NCBI GenBank assembly: GCA_964019335.1
Contig: OZ025679.1
Span: 1 to 64,000, forward strand
DNA length: 64,000 nucleotides
Direction: 5' to 3'
Source of the DNA: Diplonema japonicum
Lineage: Eukaryota > Protista > Euglenozoa: Diplonemea
The notes below the pieces were generated by a model, which saw nothing but the letters and a program-made list of their open reading frames with translations, was not told where the DNA came from and searched no databases. This document shows, in pieces, positions 1 to 11,519 of this stretch. Position numbers and translations under genes: made by a program. How positions within the stretch are numbered: position 1 is the stretch's first letter; each line of letters starts with the position of its first letter.

Positions 1-462
1 GGAATTCCCTGTTCCGCCAAGTTCCGGTTCTGCCATTCTGCCAAGTTCCGACTTTCAGTTTGGCGGAAGGGAATGGAACGACCCAATCCTGCACAAGCAG
101 AATCTTGGTTACCCAGGACGCCCCGGCTGGGGTTGAGCTGAACACCACACACATTAAGGACACGACACGGAACGCAGAAGAAGCTACAACTCGGCTGTGG
201 TGTACCCCCTGTAATCAAGTAGTCTTGTGCAGGTCCTTTAACTCATATATCTCTCACCGCGGCCGGGTTGTAGCTTCTTCTGTGTTCCGCATCGATCACC
301 ACAGCCGGGTTGTATTACATCCAAATACAACATTTCCGGACATTTGTACATACCTGCAGCTGCAGTGCACCGGAGTAGATAGGTGCAAATGGCTTGATGG
401 AGCTGTGCATGTCTGCGGTATGAAGAAGAAGAAAAAGAAAAAAAAAAAAAAAAAAAAAAAAG

Positions 463-503
<41 letters not shown>

Positions 504-564
504 TGTCCAAAAATATTTGAAAAAAAAGTGTTTGCAGGTGTGTCAAAAATTGCAGAAAATTTTT

Positions 565-659
565 GAGTCCGGTCAGTCCGGTCAGTCCGGCCGATCCGGT
601 CAGTCCGGTCAGTCCGGTAAAATGGGTACACCGGACCGGACCGGATTCACCCATCACTG
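565..659. mobile_element. Terminus of a hAT-like MITE with subterminal gtccg repeats
   Basis: An array of agtccggtc repeats ends in ggattcacccatcactg (reverse complement CAGTGATGGGTGAATCC, a CAGTG-type end). The same 17-mer terminus recurs at 2850-2866. Confidence 0.5.
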
Positions 660-945
660 GCCATGGCGCCCCTGTAATCTTCTCCCACACGGGCACTACC
701 AGTGATGACCAACGTGGACATCAACAGCGAACAACACATCTGATGTACTTCTTTATATTTCCATATTTCTGTGTTATCCCCACTACTCAATAATAAAAGA
801 GGTAAAGGAGACCAGTGACAGGGTGCACCTCGGCCGCGTTTGCGTTCCACATTGTGTCCTTAATGCATGCGGTGTGCAGCTCAACCCTAGCCAGTGCTCT
901 GGGCAGGGGTGGGTCGTTCCGTTCCCTTCCACCAAACTGAAAAGT

Positions 946-1195
946 CGGAACTTGGCAGAACGGTGGAACCGGAACTTGGCGGAACTGGTAGAACTGGCAG
1001 AACATGGCAGAACTGGCAGAACATGGTGGAACTGGTGGAACATGGTGGAACTGGCGGAACATGGTGGAACTAGCGGAACTGCGGAATGTGGTGTAACATG
1101 GCGGAACTGGCAGAACTGGTGGAACATGGTGGAACTGGCGGAACGTGGTGGAACTGGTGGAACCAGCAGACATGGTGGAACTGGCAGAACAGGGA
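946..1195. repeat. Degenerate 9-10 bp tandem repeat (tggtggaac/tggcagaac)
   Basis: Directly visible tandem array. Confidence 0.85.
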
Positions 1196-2598
1196 ACCTA
1201 ATTTTTTTTTTCTTTCCCCCCTTTTTTCCTCTTTGCATCATCAAGGTTGAAAGTGGTGACTATATCACCACAACACTGACAGCACAATATTCCGTGTTGT
1301 GTCCTTAATGTGTGCAGTGTGCAGCTCAACACCAGCCATGGCACCCCTGGTAACCAAGATTCTGGGTGTGCATAATTTGCTGCCAGTTCATCACCCTGAG
1401 CATCTGCAATACGTTCCTCCACTCGGGCGCTACCGGTGATGACCAGCATGGAGGTCAACAGCGAACAACACATCTGATGTACTTCTTATATTTCCATATT
1501 TCTGTGTAATCCCCACCAACCAATAACATGAAAGAGGTAAAGGAGACACCAGTGACAGGGGGTGCACCTCGGCCACTTCTGCATTCCGCGTCGTGTCCTT
1601 AATGCATGCGGTGTGCAGCTCAACCCCAGCTGGTGCCCTAAGTAGTTTACTCACCCTGAGCATCTGCAATTTGTTCTTCCACTCAGGGTGCTACAGGTGA
1701 TGACCAGCCAAGTGGATGGAGGAAATGCCTGTTCGTCGTGTTGGCGGTGCCTGCACAAGAACTGTTAACTTGATACAGGGGGGGCACTGCAGCTGAGTTG
1801 TAGCTTCTTCTGTGTTCTGTGTTGTGTTCTTAATGTGTGCAGTGTGCAGCTTAACCCCAGCCGTAGCAACCCGGGGTAACCAAGATTCTGCGCTCATGCA
1901 GTTTGCTGCCAATTCATCACCCTGAGCATCTGCATTATGTTCTCCACTTGGGCGCTACTGGTGATGACCAACATGGAGGTCAACAGCGAACAACACATCT
2001 GATGTACTTCTTATATTTCCATGTTATCCCCACCACCTGAATGATATATATATGAGTTAAAAGAGGCCGGTGTTGGTGGCGCCCTGCACAAGAACTGTCT
2101 ACTTGATTACAGGGATTGTGGTGTAGTTTGCTGCCTGTTTGTCACCCTAAGCATCTGCATTATGTTCTTCCACTCGGGAGCTACCGGTGATGACTGATGA
2201 GGAGGTCAACAGTGAACAACACATCTGATGTTTTTTCATGCTATCCCCACCACCTTTGGAATAATATACAAGAGTTAAAGGAGGCCGGTGTTGGCAGTGC
2301 CCTGCACAAGAACTGTCTACTTGATTACAGGGGGTGCACCGCAGCCGGGTTGTAGCTTCTTCTGCGTTCTGCATCGTGTCCTTAATCACTGCGGCCGAGT
2401 TGTAGCTTCTTCTGTGCTCCGTGTCGTGTCCTTAATGTGTGCGGGGTTCAGCTCAACCCTAGCTGGGGCGCCCTGGGTAACCAAGATTCTGCACTCGTGT
2501 GGTTTGCTCGGTGATGACCAATGAGGAGGTCAACAGCAAACAACACATCTGATGTTTTTCTTATATTTTTATGCTATCCCCACCACCTGAAAAAGAAG

Positions 2599-2637
<39 letters not shown>

Positions 2638-2767
2638 CTTCTTCGTTTCTCGTTGTTTTTGTTGTTGTTGTCGTCTCTCAGTATCTTTTCTTGTAGACAT
2701 CTGTTTATACGTTTGAACTCTGCAGCAAAAAAAGGGGGGGGATGTGGTGTTGTGGTTGTATCTTGTA

Positions 2768-2866
2768 CGGTCCGGTTCAGTCCAGTCCAGTCCGGTCTGG
2801 TCCAGTCCGGTCCGGTCCGGTCCGGTCCAGTCCGGTCTAGTCCTAATTAGGATTCACCCATCACTG
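2768..2866. mobile_element. Second hAT-like MITE terminus with (gtccr)n subterminal array
   Basis: gtccg/gtcca pentamer array followed by ggattcacccatcactg, identical to 643-659. Confidence 0.5.
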
Positions 2867-3058
2867 CTTGGGGGGACTTTGCCAACACTGTGTGAACACT
2901 GCTGATGCGAAAAAGACGAGACATTTGTCTGTCCAGGTGTTTTTCACTTTACAGTATTTGCCAAAAGGTAAAAAAAGATTTTTTCTCTTCTTTCTTTTTC
3001 CCTCCTGCCCAGCCCAGAAGTGTGTGGGCTTTATCCTCCTCCTTTTTTTTGTTTTGTC

Positions 3059-3544
3059 TTTTTTTTTCAAAACTCTGTACCACACTACATCTCAAGCACA
3101 AAGCATCTCAAGCCTGTAGTCCTCAGCAGTGCATTCCGAAAGTGATGTTCTTTGCAGGATGCCTACAGGCAGTCTTGCCGCCCAACGCGAAGGGTGTGGT
3201 GTGCCCTTTGTGCACAGCGGTGACGAGACCCTGTGCCTCCAGGTTGAGGAGGTGCAAGATGACGTTTGTGGTGGCCGCCCGGTGGAGTCTCTTCGGTACA
3301 TCACCAGGCTTCCCATGTATGCGTCCTTCCCCTCACCAGTGTCGATCAGGATTTTTTCCCTCCCCTTCCCCACAAGGTACGTGTTGCTGCTTTGCAGAGT
3401 GAACGGCCCGGGGTTGTGCCCCATCACCTTCGTCACCAAGGGGGTCACCTTCTCTATTACTTTGAGCGCCATTGGCGCACGAGACAGATGGGCGTGCATA
3501 GTGTCCAATAAAGTACAGAAACTGTAGCTTTAGAATCATTGGTC
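3059..3544 (-). pseudogene. Processed (retro)pseudogene of the LACTB2-like gene at 58794-59870, with spliced leader and oligo(A) remnant
   Basis: Near-identical to 58794-58997, 59566-59698 and 59778-~59870 in inverted orientation. It begins with the SL exactly at the parent's AG acceptor and ends in A9. Two internal deletions remove the HxHxDH motif and shift the frame. Confidence 0.93.
3506..3543 (-). other. Spliced-leader (mini-exon) relic, diplonemid type
   Basis: The minus strand reads ACCAATGATTCTAAAGCTACAGTTTCTGTACTTTATTG. The 3' part, CAGTTTCTGTACT(T/A)TATTG, is the conserved euglenozoan SL end. Confidence 0.92.
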
Positions 3545-3609
3545 ATACACCATTCTTTAGGATACAACAAATATTTATTCAGAATAGACACTACATTGTA
3601 AACATAAAG

Positions 3610-4366
3610 ATGGCGTTTAGATTAGTAGCTTTCGTTTCTTGTGTTGTGTGTGCACATGGGTGGACTTCTGGTGATTTCGTGCCAATATTTAGAAGAACAA
3701 GCTTTAATGACGTATGTTCCTTTCAAAAAGAAAAAGAAACATGCCAAACAACAGCAAGTAACTGACTGGAAGGAGATGGGTCCTGATTTGACTCCTAGAT
3801 TTGGAAGGAACAAGGTTGTGCGGATCCATGGAATGGAAAATGTAGAGGGAGAGAAAATCGACTATAAGATGTATGTAACTCTGAAACGTATCACCATGTT
3901 ACAGGGCATTCGAGTTGGGCCATGGTTTGGGGAGGAGGACGACCTGGATCACCGTCCAGTCAGGGTGCAGCGAGTATGCTATATGTGATCAGAACTCATA
4001 CTATCACACCACAGTAAGCGGGACATGAGCAATTGTAAAGTACTGTCACACTTAGACCTTGAATTTACATATGAAATGGGCAGCTATGGGAAGATTGTGG
4101 ACTTCATCACAAAGCCGCATTGTATGTACAACTAAGACACATATCCAGAACATAACACAGACACAACGAATCCGGCTGGACACCACAACAAAATAGTATT
4201 AGATTATAGATGGAAGGAAGACCACGACAAGGATGTGCACACACCCCTCGTTGCATTGTACACCATATGCGTCTTCGGAAGCTTGTTGCTTGTGTCTTTC
4301 ATGACAGTGAATACGAAATCTGTCCGAAGGGGTGAAATGCTTGTTAAAGATGTGAGATCCCAGTGA
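3610..4366 (+). CDS. Conserved signal-peptide, single-pass membrane protein resembling the plant NPU/At3g51610-like family; 5 exons
   Basis: GT-AG introns 3712-3754, 3871-3904, 3974-4014 and 4122-4160 give one frame: MAFRLVAFVSCVVCAHGWTSGDFVPIFRR...DWKEMGPDLTPRFG...YKMAFELG...KIVLDYRWKEDHDKDVHTPLVALYTICVFGSLLLV. Family name is from recalled motif similarity. Confidence 0.7.
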
Positions 4367-4439
4367 GCAAAGGAGTGTGAGAATTTGAGAGTAACTACCC
4401 TCTTCTTCTTTGTTCTGTCACTTCATCCACCACAGCGAT

Positions 4440-6939
4440 ATGGCAGGAAGTCTCAGTGCCGATCAGGCACTGGTGTGCTTAGATACCCCTGATGACCATA
4501 CAATTCTAGAAAGCGTTCTAGACAAAGTAGGCGCTAGTGGTCTCCTTTCTGTGATGAAGTCCCAAGATGTCGATCTTCATGTCTTGGCAACGGCTACATC
4601 TGAAGAGCTTCAGCAGCTTGGATTAGATACAATTGGGAAGAGACGAAAACTGCAAACGTTGGCCCTCCAGGCTCTCGGTTTGGATGAGAGGGAGCGCGAC
4701 AGGTCTCCCGATGGGGCTCGAAGAAGTGTAGCTTTCTCTACTACAGGGTGGTTCCGCGATGGTGCCTCGTTCAGAGTACGCAACAGCAAAAGGGCGTCTC
4801 GTGAGTGGAGACACTCAACGATGCTTCCAGGAAATAGGCAGTCCGTCAAGTCAATTAAAAGCGAGAACCTCACCTTCGGTGAACGGAAGGAATTTAATAA
4901 CACACTTGGGTTTGGGTTCCAGCCGTGGATGAGAGGTGACGAAGTTCCTCTGGAAGACCAGACACCTGAGATGCAGCACCTGATGACATCACCCGAAACC
5001 ACGTACACACGTGACTCTCCATCTGCCTCAGGAAACGTGGTGTACACCCTGCTGTTTGGGTGGTGGGTAGCCTTGCTGTACGTTGTAGTTGGGTTGCTCC
5101 AGCTGCTGACTGTGGTGAATTGGCAGTATGGGATGTGGTGCTTATCAATGGCACGCTATATTTTAACACCCTTCGGGTGGCACATTTCAAATGCGGTAGT
5201 GGAAGAGTCATCGCCTTCCAGTAGCCCAATACGAAACCCGCTTCCACCTACTGAAAGAACGCCACTGGCAACAACGCCGCCTGGTTCCATGTGTTCTGAG
5301 CAGCACCCCGGTTGCAGCACCTTTTCCCTATGGCTGTTCAGAGTGTGTTTTGTTCCTGTTCTCGGCGTGGCACATGTTGGGATATTCTGTATTACCTGGA
5401 TGCTCGTTTGCACCATCCCGACAGCAAGGCTGCACAAACAGGTGGTGCAGTTGCTGTTATCTCCCTCCCTTCTGAAAACTCATGTGGTGCATGCTTCACC
5501 CGGAAATATTACTTCGCAAGTGCAGATATGTTATATGGCACCGTGGAACAGGAACTACTTGGGCTACTCCGTGCATGGTGTGAACATCTTCATGCTTAAC
5601 CTCATGGTGTTCGTGCCTCTTAATTTCGCCTTTAAATTCATCGCTAGTGAAACTTGGATTGAAGATAACAGCATCCTCGTTATGATATGTGGGATGCTTG
5701 CCATCGTCCCCCTCTCCTACTACATCGGGCACTCTGTGGCTTCTGTGTCGGCACAGACTTCCTTTTTTGTTGGTGCTGTACTGAACGCCACTTTTGGTTC
5801 TATTATTGAACTCATCATCTACTTCATTTCGCTGTCGAAAGGTTTAAGCCAGTTGGTTGTCTCTGCAACAACGGGTGCATTGCTTGCGTGCATGTTGTTG
5901 CTTCCTGGGCTGTCTATGCTGCTTGGTGGCATGCGGTACAAGGAGCAAGTCTTCAACAGAAAGGCAGGCAGCACGAGTGCATTGATGTTGCTTGTGGCAA
6001 TCTCTGGGCTTTTCATGCCGTCTATTTACTATAATATATATCGAAAGGAGAAAATAGGCTGTGGCGAGTGCCAGATGCATACTGAACCCCTTGTGAGGGA
6101 GGAAGTTATTGCAGGCGAGTTTAGCTGTGAAACATGCAACTACACGGATCACGAATATGCTAAGGACCGTGTGTACACAAAACACTTGGAGCCAATGATG
6201 TTTACAGTTGCTGTGCTTTTACTTGTGTGCTATGTGGTAGGGTTGGTCTTCACATTGCATACGCATTCCTTTATTTACGAAGAAGAAGAAGAAGCGGAGG
6301 AGCTACTTTCCATGGATCCCCCTTTGTGCACTCCTGCGGGCGACGCCATGTCGCACGATGAGGACTTGTCACGGGGCTCAATGATCGACCCTTTTAAGGC
6401 GCATGAAACTGAGAAAGGGCATGGCCCATCTTGGGGTACTAGAACATGTGTAGCCATCATGGTGATTGGCACCATGTGTTTTGCTGTGTGCAGTGAGACG
6501 CTCGTTGATGCTTTGAAGCCGTCGTTGGATAAGATCGGGATCTCTGAGAACTTCGCCGGTCTCACGATGATAGCCATCATTCCTTGCATCGCAGAGTTCG
6601 TCAATGCCATCCAGTTTGCAATGGCAGACAACATTAAGCTCTCCCTCGAGATCGGCAACATAGCAGCCATCCAAATGATCCTCGTGCAGATGCCCATCCT
6701 CACTTTCGGCTCGGCGTTAATGGGGAAGTACTACCCAGATGATGGTTTTGTGCTGCTCTTCCCAAGACTCAACCTGACAGCTGTTTTCCTATCTGCTGCT
6801 ATCCTGATCTACTGCTTGCTAGATGGCACTAGCAATTACTTCCAAGGGGTTGCCATGGTATGTCGCCTTTTTAGTAAGACACGAAACAGCTTGTGATATA
6901 CGTGATTATGCTCATCGTCTTCTACCACATACCATCTGA
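4440..6939 (+). CDS. Vnx1/CAX-family cation/H+ exchanger with N-terminal SAM-like domain
   Basis: CaCA alpha-repeat motifs GAVLNATFGSIIELII and FAGLTMIAIIPCIAEFVNAI; YccF-like GNVVYTLLFGWW. Intron 6858-6889 restores the last TM helix LVIYVIMLIVFYHTI*. Confidence 0.88.
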
Positions 6940-7928
6940 CCATGAGGAGCCAGGCTTCGCTTAGCTTGCGTGAAATTTGTTGTGCAATGTGTTATCTCCC
7001 GCGTTGTTTGTCTTTAGCTCGTTTGTTTAGTGAGCTTCCATGTTACTCTTTCCTGAGTGGGTCAGAGTACGGTAATGTTTGTGCATCCACAACCTTCTTT
7101 TTATATTTACTTTTTTTTTACCCCTGTTGAGGTTTGTGTTATTTGTCCTTCTTTTAACGTGTGTCATCCAGACAATCACTCACAGTGGTATCCTTCTATT
7201 GTTGTGTGCTTAGAATGTGGGCAGAGGCTATCAACAGTCTAGTTATGTATTTATGTGAATTGAGCAAATGCTATTTTGAGGTTTGGAAACCGCCAGGAAT
7301 CTTGTCCAAACTGCCGTTGAACCCTCAAATGGCCCGAGTGATTGCGAAATAGGCAAGTAACTGCTGACCCATTCTCTAACTGGTGGTTGAGCAACAAACC
7401 TGTCTGGTTCGCAGTCGCGATCTGTGTTCATTGGCAAGGATGGAAAAACAACGACAGTTAGCAGCGATACAGAGCTTCTGTTAACCATTGAAGGACGGGG
7501 TCTTTGAGCAATTTTAAATTGATTTTCTCTCTTTTTCTTACTTCTAACTTACAACACCACTGAATATGCGGCTTGGAAGGTACTTATGTGGGAATTACAC
7601 CGATCACCGGTCACGTTTGCGTTGGAAGATCCTTGACCCGCGTGTGCCCTGTTTTGCCCTTTACTGCCCCTGCCCTGCCCTGCTACTTTTTTGCTTTCGT
7701 GCCACCCAAACTGATTTGTTCAACATGATGTTCAATAGAAAAGAAAGTGCGCAGCATAAACAGTTTTGTGAAGAAAAGGAACGGTGTAGAAGCACTTGCC
7801 TTTCTTTGCAAAATATAATAAAATATTTCTTTTGCATATTTTGCGCTTCGTCCTTTAATGGTTAAAAGAATTTCTTTTTCTTGCTCGCTTCTTTTTATAT
7901 CATATGACGATTTAACAACCAAACAGAC

Positions 7929-9261
7929 ATGAAATTCAAATGCCGGGAATGTAATGAGCAGTTTACTGGCAAAGAGACCCTAGAGCACTGCCCAATGTGT
8001 TATGAATTGTGCGAGGCCATAAGCAACTCTTCCGGGTCTGGGTCAAGAGCAGCAAAGGAACCGAAGCAACCCAAGCTCGGTGAGTCAGACACCAAGGCGT
8101 CACCCCCACTTGCACCCAAAGTAAGGCAGAAACCGGTACCAAAAATAGTTCGGCCGAGGGCCGTAACATCTCAAGTAAGTAAACCTGTTGTAAGTAACGT
8201 AAAGATAGCTTCTCCTCCTCCTACCGCTATCCAGCCCTATTCGAATTTTATCAGCCCACAAGGAAATCAAGCTGTTGCGGTACCGAGGCCTGCAATTCGA
8301 CAAAAATGTCTTTCGGGCCCCAACGAACATGCTAGTAAGAAGCGCAGAATAGATGCACCTCTTCCTCTTGTGGCACCTACCCCTCGTCTTGCTGAGGCAC
8401 CAAAGGCAGCGAGTTTACCACCTTTCCCGGAAAGTTCAGTGTGGTCACAGATTACACCCTCCTCTCTAGTGCTCTTCATTGGGGAGGGCAACTTCTCTTT
8501 TGCGTATGCTGTAGCAAAGCGGCTTGGCAGTGGTAAGTCCCTCATCGCTACTGACATCGAGATGCACCACGAGCTCCTCGACATGGTGACACGTGCACCT
8601 GGTGCCATCCCGGACAGTGGTGGTAGCTTCGGAAGGCTCATCGAGCTTGGTGCAACCGTCTCGTGTGCGGTCGACGTGACCACGCTGTCGACCACAGTGC
8701 CTACCTGTCTCTACGTGGGTTCACTCGATTTCATGTCATGGGCTTTTCCCCACACACGGACTCCAAACCGCGATGAAAAGTATGTTAAAAGATAGCCAAA
8801 CCGGTTAATAATAAATCGGAAGGCACATGGTCGACTCCACTTGCTGAGTATACTTGTCATGCAAGAATCCAGCTAAGTACTTCACTGTGCTCCCAATCTG
8901 CTTTTAATCGTCGCCACCTTTCGCCATCTGGTCAATCCACCACCACAGTTGCGTATCGGAGCACCGAACACTTCTAAGAGCTTTCATTGACGAGGCAGCC
9001 AAAATGCTGAAGTTAGGGGGCACAGCACTCATCACTGTAAAGGAGGGCTACCCTTACAACAGTTGGGATGTTGCTGGACTGGTATGCTTTGCTTCGGAGA
9101 AGTTATGAACACAGCGGACGGACTACGTTGACTACTCGGCCTGCGAACCTTTTTTTCCTAAAGATTTCCCGGAATACGCTCATGTCACTACCATCGGTGC
9201 GCCAATAACGGTGATCACACCAGCAACCACTCACATCTTTAAAAAGATCAAGGAGCCTTGA
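7929..9261 (+). CDS. BMT5/DUF2431-like rRNA (uridine-N3) methyltransferase-domain protein with N-terminal CxxC..CxxC zinc ribbon; paralog 1
   Basis: LFIGEGNFSFA, FPH and ITVKEGYPYNSW motifs; introns 8780-8948 and ~9082-9113. Confidence 0.8.
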
Positions 9262-9400
9262 CCAGAATCATATTTGACAGTTGCCGATATTAACGCCATT
9301 TGCGACAACCAACCAGAAGACGGTGCGCTGTTTTCTATTATTTTTGGTTGTTTTGGCTTGTTCATGTTTCAGCACTGTACTCACCCATCACAGGTTAAAT

Positions 9401-9826
9401 ATGACTACTGCTCTTCGCAAGAACCGTAAGAAGAGGGGACACGTGAGCGCGGGTCACGGTCGTGTTGGCAAGCACAGGAAGCATCCCTCCGGTCGCGGTA
9501 ACGCCGGTGGTCAGCACCACCACCGCATCTGGTTCGACAAGTACCACCCGGGGTACTTCGGTAAGGTGGGTATGAGGCACTTCCACTTCAAGAGGAACCC
9601 CGTGCACAAGCCCACCTGCAACGTGTCGCAGCTCACCAACATGATCCCCGAGACTGACGCTGCCTCCGCCAAGGTGCCTGTTGTCGACCTCACCAACAGG
9701 GGTGTGTTCAAGCTGCTGGGCAAGGGTTTTGTTTCCAGGCCCATCATTGTGAAGGCCAGGTTCATCTCCCGTATCGCTGAGAAGAAGCTGAAGGAGGCCG
9801 GCGGCGCCTGCGTCGTGTCTGCGTAG
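9401..9826 (+). CDS. RPL27A: 60S ribosomal protein L27a (uL15)
   Basis: [54 protein letters not shown] signature; strong codon bias. Confidence 0.98.
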   Translation: MTTALRKNRKKRGHVSAGHGRVGKHRKHPSGRGNAGGQHHHRIWFDKYHPGYFGKVGMRHFHFKRNPVHKPTCNVSQLTNMIPETDAASAKVPVVDLTNRGVFKLLGKGFVSRPIIVKARFISRIAEKKLKEAGGACVVSA

Positions 9827-10131
9827 ACATAGCATCACGTCATGTAGTTTGCTGAGCACATCACATTTTATTTCACAACAGGGGGTGGGAATATGGCTGA
9901 TAAAACATCGTTCTGCGCTCCACCCAAGACGTTCCAGCAATTCTACTTCTCTGCCGTTGCCATTGCCATGGTGTGCAACAGTACTAATATAGTAATAACA
10001 ACAAACAGGTGATTGTGCTCTTATGTCTGTAGATGGTTAATATGTAAATGATTTAAGTATTTTTCTCCCCTCCCCCTTTTCTGCTTTTGTTTTGTCCCTT
10101 TTGTCATTACTGCTTCATTCGTTGCAGGGAG

Positions 10132-11333
10132 ATGAACAAATTCAAATGCAATAACTGCCGATGCGAGTTTGAAGATGAAAACACGTTGGCTTACTGCCCA
10201 GCATGTTGTGAGATGTGCGAGGTATGGTGAATGAAGCAAACTCATGCACACAGTACGAAGATACGAGAGGCGATGAAGGCGGATTCATTGTAGAGGACGA
10301 AGAAGGACAGGCAATGTTTGAGGATGAGGCACCGCCTCCTGAGGAGCCCAGCGCTGACTTCGATCTAGGCGACAATGGTACGAAAGATGACGATTTCTAC
10401 ACACCCGCCGCAGTCACCGCACCATCCTCAGTATCACCGCTATCTGTAAACCAAGTATCTCAGGCCATTTCTGGCCATCCCAAGCCGCCTCCAATTTCCG
10501 TTACTCTCCCTTCTTCAGTCGTCACCAAGAGTTCGATGCCTGCTCTGCTGTCTATACCTCCTATGGCCCCCACCGTTGATAAAAAGAGAAAACGATCCTT
10601 GTCCCCTCCTGACACTTCCCTCTGCAAATCTGTGTGGGAAAGCGTGCGCAACACGTCGTCCATGCTGTTAATCGGTGAGGGCAACTTCTCCTTTGCCTAC
10701 GCGCTGGCGAAGCGCATAGGCACCGCTCGGGGTATCGTTGCTACCGACGTAGAAATGCATCATGAACTACGGGACGCAGGTGGGTGTGACCACACGGTGG
10801 TATGTGTTGCTTTAAAAGATGTCATGTGCACTCAGATGCCCCTTATCCGGATGGGTGCTTGCATTAACTGCATCACCGACGTCAGCCAGCTATCCACTTC
10901 CTCGCCTTGGAGGACACGCGTGCGATCCTTCGACTTCATGTCATGGGCCTTTCCGCACACTCGGACCCCGAACCGCGACAAAAAGTATGCCATGCAAAGC
11001 ATCTTATGTAATCTGCAGCTCCGTTCCTGAACACCGTTGGCTTTTACGAGCTTTCATTGACGAGGCAGCTAAGATGCTGAAGATGGGGGGTACAGCTCTT
11101 ATTACTGTGAAGGAAGGCTACCCTTACAACAGCTGGGATGTGTCCGGTTTGGTATGTAGACACGATCTTTTTACCACATACAGAGCACCGATGTTATGGA
11201 ATACCGCCGAGGTGAGCCCTTCTTCCCCAAAGACTTCCCCGAATACCGCCATGTTACGACTGTAGGTGCACCTATCATGCAGATCACTCCAGCCACTACA
11301 CACGTTTTCACGAAAGTAATCGAGCCATCATAA
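10132..11333 (+). CDS. BMT5/DUF2431-like methyltransferase-domain protein; paralog 2
   Basis: Same zinc ribbon plus LLIGEGNFSFA and ITVKEGYPYNSW as paralog 1; several short GT-AG introns (e.g. ~10222-10253, ~10985-11018, ~11152-11184). Confidence 0.8.
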
Positions 11334-11519
11334 TGAAGATTCAATCAGTTGAGTAGTGTTTAACAGTCAGGCCTTCTTCGTTCTTCGGCCGACTAGTGTA
11401 ATGTTAGAAACTAAGATATGTCTCGTTACAAGACATCTTTGTCTTTGCTTTACATTGTCATAACTGCGCCTGTTGCCACAACGCGGCGGAAGCACACCAC
11501 AGGTCCAGCTATCTTCACT

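Larger units (their letters stand above)
1..2590. repeat. Cluster of rearranged copies of a ~330-bp interspersed repeat unit, in both orientations
   Basis: The module gtgatgacc...caacagcgaacaacacatctgatg recurs at ~702, 1436, 1961, 2187 and 2511. The module gtgtccttaatgtgtgc..gtgcagctcaacccc recurs at ~853, 1300, 1593, 1824 and 2427, with an inverted copy at 98-245. Bases 1-85 are an inverted copy of ~910-985. Confidence 0.85.

Noticed and set aside
783-1308. ORFs with NWWNMVEL / FHHVPP repeats
   Set aside because: Translations of the 9-10 bp tandem repeat.
700-2590. CRISPR-like array
   Set aside because: The intervening sequences are themselves repeated, spacing is irregular, there are no cas genes and the context is eukaryotic.
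3506-3544. Functional SL RNA gene
   Set aside because: The leader is followed by mRNA sequence, not by the GT donor and SL intron.
6950-7900. Possible gene or ncRNA cluster between the exchanger and BMT5-like gene
   Set aside because: I could not build a consistent spliced frame or find convincing RNA boxes; left unannotated.
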